Shown: positions 8,093 to 16,727 of the stretch, piece by piece
How positions within the stretch are numbered: position 1 is the stretch's first letter
Layout of the letters: every line of letters begins with the position of its first letter
IMG/VR virus record: IMGVR_UViG_3300032234_000278
Span: 1-26,179 of that record
Reading direction: 5' to 3' (one strand)
DNA: 26,179 bases
DNA from: a virus
Lineage: Duplodnaviria; Caudoviricetes
The notes under the pieces: model-generated
Seen by the model: the letters and a program-made list of their open reading frames with translations, nothing else
Databases searched by the model: none
What the model was told of the DNA's origin: nothing
Translations under genes and position numbers: made by a program

Positions 8093-8957
8093 AATATTTT
8101 ATAGTTTGCAAGGCGAAGGACGCTTTGTGGGTGTTCCGTCAGTGTTCTTACGAACATATGGCTGTAACTTTACTTGTAGCGGATTTGGTTGTAAGCCAGG
8201 CGAAACAAGCACAGGTGCAGATGAAGTTGCTAAGACTGTGGAACTATATAAAGACTTTAACAGCTTACCGTTAGTGGATACTGGATGCGACAGTTATGCG
8301 TCGTGGCATCCGGCATTTAAACATTTGTCACCTACATATACCACTGAAGAGTTAGTTACACACATGACTGACTTAACACCTAATCGTCGTTGGGTACAAG
8401 AAAATGGCAATGATGTACATTTGGTTATTACAGGTGGTGAGCCTTTGCTAGGTTGGCAACGTGCTTACAGTGAGTTATTAAGTCATCCACGTATGGCAGA
8501 TTTAAAGAATCTTACATTTGAAACCAATGGTACTCAAGAACTACACGCTGACTTCAAACACTTCTTGTTAGACTGGACCCTGAACCCACGTGGTACCCCA
8601 GGTGGACGCCGTGGCCCCGATGCATTAACATTTAGTGTTAGTGCTAAACTAAGTGCGTCGGGCGAAAAGTGGGAAGATGCTATTCGCCCAGATATTGTAA
8701 TGAGTTATGCCAACATCGGACACACATACCTTAAGTTTGTGGTAGAAACAGACGAGCATATTGAAGATGCTAGACGTGCCACTCGAGAATTCCGTGCGGC
8801 AGGATTCAAGGGACAGATTTACTTGATGCCACAAGGTGGTGTTGTAAAACCATACGAAGCTAACAAAGTTCGCATTGCCGATATTTGCTGTACAGAAGGC
8901 TGGAACTACAGTCCACGACTACACGTAGACTTGTGGGGCAATGGCTGGGGCAAGTGA
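8073..8957 (+). CDS. queE: 7-carboxy-7-deazaguanine synthase (radical SAM)
   Basis: EIFYSLQGEG...PSVFLR..GCNFTC...CDS, VITGGEPL, FETNG, PRLHVDLWG. Confidence 0.9.
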   Translation: MKIKVSEIFYSLQGEGRFVGVPSVFLRTYGCNFTCSGFGCKPGETSTGADEVAKTVELYKDFNSLPLVDTGCDSYASWHPAFKHLSPTYTTEELVTHMTDLTPNRRWVQENGNDVHLVITGGEPLLGWQRAYSELLSHPRMADLKNLTFETNGTQELHADFKHFLLDWTLNPRGTPGGRRGPDALTFSVSAKLSASGEKWEDAIRPDIVMSYANIGHTYLKFVVETDEHIEDARRATREFRAAGFKGQIYLMPQGGVVKPYEANKVRIADICCTEGWNYSPRLHVDLWGNGWGK

Positions 8958-9214
8958 TGCCATTGGATTCTACAGTAACACAACCACCCAGACACGAGGA
9001 CTGGGGTTTAAACAGAGTTATTAATTGGCAATTAAGATTTTGTTTATTACCTAAAGAATGTTTTTTAACTGGGCGTCGTCTGTGGCTTACAAAGGCATAC
9101 CACGGCATAAGAATGATTACTGGTCCAGGTGAGCCAGTGTTTGATCACTATTGGATAGGCAAAGACGAATTTATAATGTGGAAACTACAAGGACACTATG
9201 CTCGCAACAATTAA
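8957..9214 (+). CDS. Hypothetical phage protein
   Basis: TGATG coupling with the queE stop. LPKECFLTGRRLWL...GPGEPV pattern. Confidence 0.65.
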   Translation: MPLDSTVTQPPRHEDWGLNRVINWQLRFCLLPKECFLTGRRLWLTKAYHGIRMITGPGEPVFDHYWIGKDEFIMWKLQGHYARNN

Positions 9215-9437
9215 ACGATGGTTTCGACCTGTAGCAGATGATCAACTAGTAGAAGGTGTATTTGCCAACGATTATGCAGATACTACTGTTAGAATGACTA
9301 TTGCACAAGAATACAGAAATAGATTTCCAGAACCAGTGGAAACACCTGTAACACATCCGTGGAAATTTGATCCACTAAATCCGCCCCAAGGATGGCGCTA
9401 CGATCCTTATTACGAACTATGGATAGAAAATGAATAA
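9198..9437 (+). CDS. Hypothetical protein
   Basis: AAGGA SD and overlaps with both neighbours. Confidence 0.65.
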   Translation: MLATIKRWFRPVADDQLVEGVFANDYADTTVRMTIAQEYRNRFPEPVETPVTHPWKFDPLNPPQGWRYDPYYELWIENE

Positions 9438-10392
9438 AACAATGATATGGCCTGTATGGACCGTGGCAGTACTTGCTACGTGGCTATATCTGATCTTAAC
9501 CGGACCAGGTTTTGCCTTGTATGACACACACTGGTTGTATGCCGTGATGATGGTGTTTGGGTCAGCAATAGCTGGTTTCACCCCCGAAGGTGGTGGTGCT
9601 GTGGCATTTCCTATCCTGAGCTTGTACTTTAATATTACCCCGCCAGCGGCAAGAGACTTTAGTCTAGCTATACAAAGCATTGGCATGGTATCAGCGGCCA
9701 TATGGATCTTGACACGCAAAGGGCATGACATACGAACATTCAGACACATACCATTTTATGCGGTTGTAAACATGATTGGTTTTGTGTTTATGACCACTGT
9801 AGCCAGTGCTGTTGCTTTCAAAACCATACAGATGCTGTTTGTGGGACTGGCATTGGCATTTATTGTAGCTTATTTGGTCAGCCGCGGACGTGGCACTGTA
9901 GATGATGTTGAACTTAAGAATTCACGATTTGTTACTTTTACAATATTTTCATTCATAGGTGGCTGTGCGTCTGCTATGTTCGGTACCGGAAGTGACATGT
10001 TGATTTATATCGCACTAACCTGCTACTACGGTATGAAGGAAAAGATCAGCACCGATATCAGCATTGTGCTCATGGCTGTGGTCACTGTGTTTGGTATTGC
10101 CTATCGTGGTTTGTTTTTAGACGCTGTACACCCAGACGTTTATTTGATGTGGTTAGCGGCCGCACCGGTGGTCTTGTTTTTTGCTCCATTAGGTAACATA
10201 CTGTTAGGATGGGTTCGCAAAGAAGTCATGTTGTACACAGTACTGGCCATGAATGCTGTAAACTATTTTTACTTTATGAGTAAAAACCTAAACATGCTGG
10301 TACCAACTGTGATTACTCTTGCATCGTTTGTAGCATTATTCGTAGTAAGTTTTTATGTTAAAAGTATAAGGAATAAAAATGGGAATATTTGA
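9430..10392 (+). CDS. TauE/SafE (TSUP) family membrane transporter
   Basis: Many transmembrane segments with the duplicated glycine motifs GSAIAGFTPEGGGAVAFP and GGCASAMFGTGSD typical of TSUP. Confidence 0.75.
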   Translation: MNKTMIWPVWTVAVLATWLYLILTGPGFALYDTHWLYAVMMVFGSAIAGFTPEGGGAVAFPILSLYFNITPPAARDFSLAIQSIGMVSAAIWILTRKGHDIRTFRHIPFYAVVNMIGFVFMTTVASAVAFKTIQMLFVGLALAFIVAYLVSRGRGTVDDVELKNSRFVTFTIFSFIGGCASAMFGTGSDMLIYIALTCYYGMKEKISTDISIVLMAVVTVFGIAYRGLFLDAVHPDVYLMWLAAAPVVLFFAPLGNILLGWVRKEVMLYTVLAMNAVNYFYFMSKNLNMLVPTVITLASFVALFVVSFYVKSIRNKNGNI

Positions 10393-10771
10393 TCGTTTTA
10401 TTAAAAAGCCTGAAGCACCTAAGGTTGAAGAACCAAAGCCAAAGAAAGAAAAGGCCAAGACTGCCAAAGAAATTGCAACTGAAAATGGTGAACCTTACAT
10501 CAGCATTATCAGTGTTGAACTAGATCCTGATAATATTGGCAATGGTGCGTTTGAGCTAGACTGGAATGATAAGTTCTTGGCTAATTTAGTTCGTGCTGGT
10601 TATCAACAAAAGCCTAACGAAGAAGAAACTGTGATCGTTGACCGTTGGTTCCAAGATGTGTGTCGTAATGTAATTGCAGAAAATTACGAACAATGGGAAG
10701 CCAATCAGACAACTGGCATGCGTCGGGTTGACAAAGAAGATCTAGGCGGCGGCAAAACCTCGGTGTCATGA
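10379..10771 (+). CDS. Conserved hypothetical phage protein
   Basis: AAGGA SD; GAFELDWNDKF...IVDRWF motif. Confidence 0.75.
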   Translation: MGIFDRFIKKPEAPKVEEPKPKKEKAKTAKEIATENGEPYISIISVELDPDNIGNGAFELDWNDKFLANLVRAGYQQKPNEEETVIVDRWFQDVCRNVIAENYEQWEANQTTGMRRVDKEDLGGGKTSVS

Positions 10772-11496
10772 TTGTTTATGTAAATGGCGACAGTCATAGT
10801 GCTGGTGCCGAGGCTGTTAATACACATTGTTTTGCTAACGACGATCCACTGTACCGCGGATTAGGTAGGCAAGCACACCCAGACAATATCAAAGTAAGCT
10901 ATGGCTGAAATATTGCCAATCATTATCATGCTATACTAGAATGCGACGCAGAAAGTGCTAGCAGTAACGATCGTATTATCCGAACCACTAAACAGTATCT
11001 AGCAGAAGGCAATCAACCGGACTTGATTATCATTGGTTGGGCCACGTGGGAGAGAGAAGAGTGGTTACACAATGGTCAATACTACCAAGTCAGTGCAGGT
11101 GGGTTTGATACTGTTCCCCCAGAACTGCATACTAGATACAAACAGTGGGTAATTGAAAAATCGCATACCTACGCACAAGATGAATTGTCCTGCTTTGAAA
11201 AAATAAAACAACTGCACATAGAACTTCTGGACCTAAATATCCCACACCTGTTCTTTAATACATACATGCATTTTGGGCATGTTGCGTTAAATCACCAAAT
11301 AATGTATAATTGGGATAACAATTACATAGATCCTTATAACCAAAATGGCACATATTACTATTGGCTACAGAATCAAGGCTTTAAATGTGTACAACATCAC
11401 AATGTACACGAAAGCTATCACTATGGTGCAGATGCACACAGAGCCTGGTCAGAGTATCTAATACCACATGTCGAACATATTATACGTCAACGGTGA
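10768..11496 (+). pseudogene. SGNH-hydrolase-like gene interrupted by one in-frame TGA at 10906-10908 (pseudogene, sequencing error or readthrough)
   Basis: ATGA-coupled start at 10768 gives MIVYVNGDSHSAGAEAVN...KVSYG*NIAN...DAESASSNDRIIRTT..., collinear with the downstream paralogue on both sides of the stop. The frame continues into the 11023..11496 ORF. Confidence 0.75.
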
Positions 11497-12157
11497 TAGT
11501 CATACAGCGGCCGCAGAGGCCGTAAATACCTACGCTTTTGCCGCTGACGATATCAAGTATCAACACCTAGGCAATCAACCCCATCCGGATAATTTAAAAG
11601 TCAGTTACGGAAATATGCTGGCAAGGTTGTTGGACTTCGAATTAGTCACTGACGCCGAGAGTGCTTGTAGCAACGATAGAATTTTAAGAACTACCAGAGA
11701 ATATTTAAAAAACAATCGCCCGGGATTAATTGTAATTGGCTGGACCAATTGGGAACGCAGTGAGTTTGAATACGAAGGCAACTACTATCAGTTCACTGCC
11801 AATACTCCACGCATTGTTTGGCCAGAACAGGTCAAGCACGAACATCTAAAATGGGTACTAACGCACAACAGTAAACAGTCCAGCGACCGATACCACGAAG
11901 CAATCTATGAACTGCATCTTGATATTATGGACATGGGTATTCCGCATATCTTTTTTAATTGTTTCCATCCATTTTATAAAACTGCACCCAAAGAATGGGA
12001 CAACTGTTACATAAGCCCATACGGGCATCACAGAACTTTTGTACAATGGGCACAAGACAAAGAGTTCCCTACTGTGGGTGCAGGTTACCATTTTGGTCCA
12101 GAAGCACATGCAAAATGGGCTAAAGTCCTAGTGGACCACTTGCTTTTATCTAAATAA
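11468..12157 (+). CDS. SGNH/GDSL-hydrolase-like protein
   Basis: YVNGDSH block I, SNDRI, IGWT and C-terminal YHFGPEAH. Confidence 0.7.
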   Translation: MSNILYVNGDSHTAAAEAVNTYAFAADDIKYQHLGNQPHPDNLKVSYGNMLARLLDFELVTDAESACSNDRILRTTREYLKNNRPGLIVIGWTNWERSEFEYEGNYYQFTANTPRIVWPEQVKHEHLKWVLTHNSKQSSDRYHEAIYELHLDIMDMGIPHIFFNCFHPFYKTAPKEWDNCYISPYGHHRTFVQWAQDKEFPTVGAGYHFGPEAHAKWAKVLVDHLLLSK

Positions 12158-12168
12158 TATGCTATTAT
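12140..12168 (+). promoter_or_regulatory. sigma70-type promoter with extended -10 before the exonuclease
   Basis: TTGCTT (12140-12145), 17-nt spacer, TGc-TATTAT (12163-12168). Confidence 0.45.
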
Positions 12169-12174
12169 AACAAC

Positions 12175-13167
12175 ATGAAATATCTAATCGTAGACACCGC
12201 TAATACCTTTTTCCGTGCCCGTCATGCCGCCCATCGCCAAAGCGATACGTGGGATCGTTTGGGTTTTGCTATCCACGTTACCTTAGCCAGTGTTGCAAAA
12301 TGCTGGCGTGAACAAGGTGCAGACCATGTGGTATTCTGTTTAGAAGGCCGTAGCTGGCGTAAGGATTACTATGAGCCGTACAAGAAAAATCGTGCTGTTG
12401 CCCGTGCCGCCCTTACAGAAGCCGAAGCAGAAGAAGATGCATTGTTTTGGGAAGCCTTTGATACACTAAAAACTTTCTTAACTGAAAAAAGTAACTGCAC
12501 AGTTCTTCAGCACAGCAACCTTGAAGCAGACGACTTGGTAGCAGGATGGATTCAAGCACACCCGCAAGATGAGCATGTAATTGTGTCAAGCGACAGTGAC
12601 TTCCATCAACTGCTAGCACACAACGTAAAACAATATAACGGAATCCAAGATGAACTCCACACTACGGATGGCATTTTCGACAAAAAAGGTGCCCCAGTCA
12701 AAGATAAAAAAACAAAAGAACCCAAAAAAATTCCGGACCCTTCATGGATCTTATTTGAAAAGTGTATGCGAGGAGACACCTCTGACAATATCTTTTCGGC
12801 CTACCCTGGTGTCAGGACAAAGGGGACTAAGAATAAAGTTGGACTCCAAGAAGCCTATGCCGACCGCGATAGTAAAGGCTTTGCGTGGAATAATCTAATG
12901 CTACAGCGTTGGACTGACCATAACGGTATCGAACATCGTGTGCTGGATGACTATGAACGCAATCGTGTGCTAGTGGATCTTACTGCACAGCCAGACGATG
13001 TTAAAGTACAGATTGCAGAAACTATTGCTACTGCTAGTACTGTTAAAAGTGTTCCAATGATCGGAGCACAATTTATGAAATTCTGCGGAAAATACGAACT
13101 AAATCGCATAAGCGACAATGTTCAAAATTATGTTGACTTTTTATCAAAGGCATACGAAACAAAATGA
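12175..13167 (+). CDS. 5'-3' exonuclease / T4 RNase H-like flap nuclease
   Basis: LIVDTAN, WRK..Y..YKKNR, LEADD, SSDSDFHQL and GDTSDNI FEN-family motifs. Confidence 0.9.
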   Translation: MKYLIVDTANTFFRARHAAHRQSDTWDRLGFAIHVTLASVAKCWREQGADHVVFCLEGRSWRKDYYEPYKKNRAVARAALTEAEAEEDALFWEAFDTLKTFLTEKSNCTVLQHSNLEADDLVAGWIQAHPQDEHVIVSSDSDFHQLLAHNVKQYNGIQDELHTTDGIFDKKGAPVKDKKTKEPKKIPDPSWILFEKCMRGDTSDNIFSAYPGVRTKGTKNKVGLQEAYADRDSKGFAWNNLMLQRWTDHNGIEHRVLDDYERNRVLVDLTAQPDDVKVQIAETIATASTVKSVPMIGAQFMKFCGKYELNRISDNVQNYVDFLSKAYETK

Positions 13168-13529
13168 AAGACCTTGTATTCTTCCTAGCATTGTTGCAAC
13201 TTAAACATTGGTATGTTGACTTTGTCAATCAAACCATGGAAGAAGTAAAAAGTAAAGGCCAGTACGGAGATCGATTAGGACTTTGGCACAGTGCCAAGCA
13301 TGGCATTGGTACTGCTATGGCAGTATGGATTGTTGGCGGATTTGTTGCTATCCCTGTTGCTATACTTGTTGGACTAGTTGACTTTGCTGTTCACTATCAC
13401 GTGGATTGGGCAAAAATGAATTGGGGCAACCGTGATATTAACGATCCTTTATTCTGGAATCACTTGGGCCTTGATCAAATGGTACATCAGCTTACTTACA
13501 TTATTTTCATGTATTGGTTGTTTGTATGA
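13164..13529 (+). CDS. DUF3307-like membrane protein
   Basis: KHWYVDF..Q, HSAKH, HYHVDWAK and GLDQMVH. Confidence 0.75.
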   Translation: MKDLVFFLALLQLKHWYVDFVNQTMEEVKSKGQYGDRLGLWHSAKHGIGTAMAVWIVGGFVAIPVAILVGLVDFAVHYHVDWAKMNWGNRDINDPLFWNHLGLDQMVHQLTYIIFMYWLFV

Positions 13530-13897
13530 TTAAAGGTATCACTGGCAGTGGACAATTTGTTACTGTATCCAATGGGAGTTCAAGCACCTACGTTAATGCA
13601 TACAACGGAGCTCAAGGGGTAGGTAATGTACGTTTCAATACTACCAATCAAAATCTTGAAGTGTTTGATGGTAATTCGTGGGTAATGCTTAATATGAGTT
13701 ATGCGTCAATTGGACTTACTGGCGAAGCTGAATCTCTTTTACAATGGGCCAGAGAAGAACGTGCCGCAAGGCAAAAGGCCGAAACTATGGCCTTAACCAA
13801 TGTTACTGTAGCTGACGCACTAAATCGTGTGCGTGAAGCAGAACAGCAACTTATAGTAATTGCCGCACTATGCGAGCAAGAGGAGAAAAAACAATGA
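13526..13897 (+). CDS. Hypothetical phage protein
   Basis: ATGA coupling at 13526. GNVRFNTTNQNLEVFDGNSW motif followed by a coiled-coil-like tail. Confidence 0.7.
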   Translation: MIKGITGSGQFVTVSNGSSSTYVNAYNGAQGVGNVRFNTTNQNLEVFDGNSWVMLNMSYASIGLTGEAESLLQWAREERAARQKAETMALTNVTVADALNRVREAEQQLIVIAALCEQEEKKQ

Positions 13898-14172
13898 GAT
13901 GGTTAAAGAATAAATTACGCAACTGGATCAACAGTGACGACTATCCAGTAGCATTAACTAACAGTAGCAGTAAAATAAGAGTGTCAGACGAACCCGATGT
14001 AGATGGTTTACGATTTACAATTATGAAAGCCAACGGTGGAGTTATTTTACAATCCCGTAAATTTGATCGCAGACGTGACGAAAGCGATACCAGTACTTAC
14101 ATTATCACAGACGACGAACCATATGCTGAACGCATTGGTCAAATTGTATCAATGGAGATCTTAAAATCATGA
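13894..14172 (+). CDS. Hypothetical phage protein
   Basis: GAGGAG SD and ATGA overlap at 13894. Confidence 0.75.
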   Translation: MRWLKNKLRNWINSDDYPVALTNSSSKIRVSDEPDVDGLRFTIMKANGGVILQSRKFDRRRDESDTSTYIITDDEPYAERIGQIVSMEILKS

Positions 14173-14642
14173 GCGAGGTTATTGCAAAACCTGTAGTAAA
14201 AAATAAGTTTTGGATTGTTGAATCCGACGGTCAAAAGATTGCAACTATACAAGCAGTTGAAGAAGGTGGCGTGGTCTATGTACACGACAATGAACGTGAA
14301 TCGTTCCCTAGTATTAAACTGTTGACTAAAAAATATAACATTGAATTTGTCAAGGCCGAAAAGTCTGTTAAGTCAGAAGACCATGAAGTTTATGGATACC
14401 CGTGTAGCAATAGGCCGCACAATGAAATTTACGATGTACAACGTAAATTGCCTATCTATACCAAAAGCTCAAAGTCAAAAAGTTATTTCTGTGCAGGATA
14501 CTATGCTGTGAGATTCAGTAATACTTGGGTCAAGGCCTACTGCCCAAAACTTATCACACTAAACAGATATGAATATGCTGGTCCTTACAAATCACAAGAA
14601 CAGCAACAACTGGAATTAAGGAAATTAAATGGACACGCTTAG
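14169..14642 (+). CDS. Conserved hypothetical phage protein
   Basis: ATGA coupling, GGAG SD; AKPVVKNKFWIV...FCAGYY...CPKLITL..Y.Y.GPYK. Confidence 0.78.
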   Translation: MSEVIAKPVVKNKFWIVESDGQKIATIQAVEEGGVVYVHDNERESFPSIKLLTKKYNIEFVKAEKSVKSEDHEVYGYPCSNRPHNEIYDVQRKLPIYTKSSKSKSYFCAGYYAVRFSNTWVKAYCPKLITLNRYEYAGPYKSQEQQQLELRKLNGHA

Positions 14643-14847
14643 TATCTATGTAAAAATGTTCAATGACCGTGTTAGAGTCATGAACCAAAGTAATTCCACT
14701 AACTTAACCCTAACCGCACAAGATGCTCGTAATTTGCATGCAGATATCTTTGCTTTATTGTCACTAATAGCAGAATTAGAAGGAAAACTTCAAGCAAATT
14801 CTGAAGAAACTATCCAGGTATCTATGGACGGCGGAGGATTTAAATAA
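14629..14847 (+). CDS. Hypothetical phage protein
   Basis: AAGGA SD; ends MDGGGFK. Confidence 0.7.
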   Translation: MDTLSIYVKMFNDRVRVMNQSNSTNLTLTAQDARNLHADIFALLSLIAELEGKLQANSEETIQVSMDGGGFK

Positions 14848-14865
14848 ACTACGCATTTATTGGTG

Positions 14866-14872
14866 ATAAATA
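14866..14872 (+). promoter_or_regulatory. T4-like late promoter box (ATAAATA)
   Basis: Intergenic ATAAATA ending about 20 nt upstream of the ATG at 14894; AAGGA SD follows. Confidence 0.45.
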
Positions 14873-14893
14873 AATGTATCAAGGAACAATGTT

Positions 14894-15181
14894 ATGAGTC
14901 GACCAAAGCCAACCGTTATTATTGAGCACGTAAACAAGAACACTTATAAAAGTGATCAGGTGTTAAGCTCTGAAGGTATCTGGGCTGTGTTTTATGATAA
15001 CAAACCAATTAATCTAAAAACGCACAACATTCTTGTGAGTTACCCAGGGCCTAAATACAAGAAAGTAAGTTTCAGTAATCCAGGGCATGCTATTAATCTA
15101 GCAAAAAAATTAAACACCTTATTCAAGACCGATAAGTTTACTGTGGTCTTACTAAGTCAAGGTGAAACCATATACCCATAA
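14894..15181 (+). CDS. Conserved hypothetical phage protein
   Basis: MSRPKP...GPKYKKVSFSNPGHAINLAKKLN; SD present. Confidence 0.78.
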   Translation: MSRPKPTVIIEHVNKNTYKSDQVLSSEGIWAVFYDNKPINLKTHNILVSYPGPKYKKVSFSNPGHAINLAKKLNTLFKTDKFTVVLLSQGETIYP

Positions 15182-15539
15182 GCAACACGAAAAACAAGTT
15201 GAGGTTATAGCTCTAGCAGGGCATGACCCAACTAGGTTTGTTGGTGTTGAACATCAGTGGTGGTATAATCCCATAAACCACAATAGCCTAAGACTAACCC
15301 ACACTGGGTTTAAGTGGTTTACACAGCATGCCAAATTAAAAAGCTACGAGATTAAGCTACCCGAAGATCAAAAAATCTTACCCAAGCACTACTTACAATT
15401 AGAGAAACTGTTTGAAGAGCCTTACTATATCAAAGGCCGGGCCAGCATTGTAGTATTTGGTGAACGTGATGCGGTTATGTTACAACTACATGCCGGAGAC
15501 CTAACTTCATATTTGAATAATTTAGAAAGCAATCAATGA
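15162..15539 (+). CDS. Hypothetical phage protein
   Basis: GTG start; fills the gap and is ATGA-coupled to the next gene. Confidence 0.68.
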   Translation: MKPYTHKQHEKQVEVIALAGHDPTRFVGVEHQWWYNPINHNSLRLTHTGFKWFTQHAKLKSYEIKLPEDQKILPKHYLQLEKLFEEPYYIKGRASIVVFGERDAVMLQLHAGDLTSYLNNLESNQ

Positions 15540-15919
15540 TCATACTGGCACCTATCAGCGTCGGCGAACTTGTAGACAAGATCACAATCTTAGAAATTAA
15601 ACTAGACATTATCACAGATAATACCAAACGTGAAAACGTTCATCGCGAACTTGATGAGCTGAATAAAATTCTAAATAATCTCGAATTACCAAATATCACA
15701 GTACAAAGAAAAAAGCTCAGAACCATCAACAACGAACTTTGGCAAATCGAAGATGCCAAAAGAGAGTGCGAGCGTACACAACAGTTTGACGAATTCTTTA
15801 TCGAACAAGCTCGCCAAGTCTATCTTAAAAACGATCAACGTGCCAGCATTAAACGCGAAATCAACGTGCTATGCGGTAGCACAATCATAGAAGAAAAAAG
15901 CCACAAAACCGTTGCATAA
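15536..15919 (+). CDS. DUF6165-like protein
   Basis: PISVGELVDKITILEIK...LW.IED..R...AR.VY..ND.R..IK..IN...GS.I.EEKS. Confidence 0.72.
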   Translation: MIILAPISVGELVDKITILEIKLDIITDNTKRENVHRELDELNKILNNLELPNITVQRKKLRTINNELWQIEDAKRECERTQQFDEFFIEQARQVYLKNDQRASIKREINVLCGSTIIEEKSHKTVA

Positions 15920-15929
15920 AAACAACGGT
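15908..15929. repeat. Perfect 7-bp inverted repeat ACCGTTG-N8-CAACGGT
   Basis: Read directly; spans the stop codon and ends 8 nt before the first early promoter. Confidence 0.6.
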
Positions 15930-15937
15930 CACTTTGG

Positions 15938-15966
15938 TTGATCCAAAATTCCATTTAATCTATAAT
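15938..15966 (+). promoter_or_regulatory. Early sigma70-type promoter P1
   Basis: TTGATC-17nt-TATAAT. Confidence 0.75.
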
Positions 15967-15995
15967 AGCAGTTATAGTATAAAAATGGAGCTAAT

Positions 15996-16253
15996 ATGTA
16001 TTCCCAAATAACTGAAAAAGAACAGGTTGTGCGAGCCCTTAAGGGTCCACAGTTTGAACGTGATCGCCACGGCAGTTTGTTTGATCGCGGATCAGCTGAC
16101 AGCTATTACGGTCGTTATGCCCAGCCACATTGGTATCCACAAGGCAGTTATAATGGTGAGCCTGTAACTAACCTAACTCAAGCCGAAATTGATGAATATC
16201 TTGCTGGTTACGAGTGGAATGAATTGCACGGTGACAAAAAATCGTGGGATTAA
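15996..16253 (+). CDS. Hypothetical early phage protein
   Basis: GGAG SD; RHGSLFDRGSADSYYGR motif. Confidence 0.78.
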   Translation: MYSQITEKEQVVRALKGPQFERDRHGSLFDRGSADSYYGRYAQPHWYPQGSYNGEPVTNLTQAEIDEYLAGYEWNELHGDKKSWD

Positions 16254-16257
16254 ACGG

Positions 16258-16286
16258 TTGACCCATAATTCGGTTAAATGTATAAT
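16258..16286 (+). promoter_or_regulatory. Early sigma70-type promoter P2
   Basis: TTGACC-17nt-TATAAT. Confidence 0.8.
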
Positions 16287-16318
16287 GTTATATATACAGT
16301 AAACAAACAGGAGCAGAA

Positions 16319-16717
16319 ATGAGCAAAGCAATTTACTTCGCAGGTGTTAGTCGTTTGAACGGTGAACTAAAGTTCCGAACAGCTCAAAGTCCAGCTCGCT
16401 TTCAGCAGTTGACCAAGCTAGGCGATACAGAAGTTGAAATGTCGAGTGTGAACGCTGATTCAAAAGAGCAGGCCGCTCAAGAACTTCTTGATCGCAACTT
16501 TGCCAATGGACGTGCCGAAATTCAAGCATTGTTGGAATCTGTGGCAGGCAAGACGTCTGCTCCACGCAAGTCTGGCACAGTACGAGTAAAGGCTCGCAAG
16601 ATCAAGGTTTCCAAGGCCGCGGCCCAAGCCGACGACATTAAACTTACACCACGTCAAGCCGCCAAAATTCGTGAAGAATTTAATGCTCGGTTAAAAGACG
16701 CATACGAAGCCAACTAA
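16319..16717 (+). CDS. Hypothetical early protein with a basic C-terminal half
   Basis: AGGAG SD; own promoter. Confidence 0.78.
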   Translation: MSKAIYFAGVSRLNGELKFRTAQSPARFQQLTKLGDTEVEMSSVNADSKEQAAQELLDRNFANGRAEIQALLESVAGKTSAPRKSGTVRVKARKIKVSKAAAQADDIKLTPRQAAKIREEFNARLKDAYEAN

Positions 16718-16727
16718 GGAGTCAAAG

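Noticed and set aside
14853-14877. AT-rich inverted repeat overlapping the ATAAATA box, as another RBS-sequestering switch
   Set aside because: The stem ends before the AAGGA SD and is weak, so it would not block translation.
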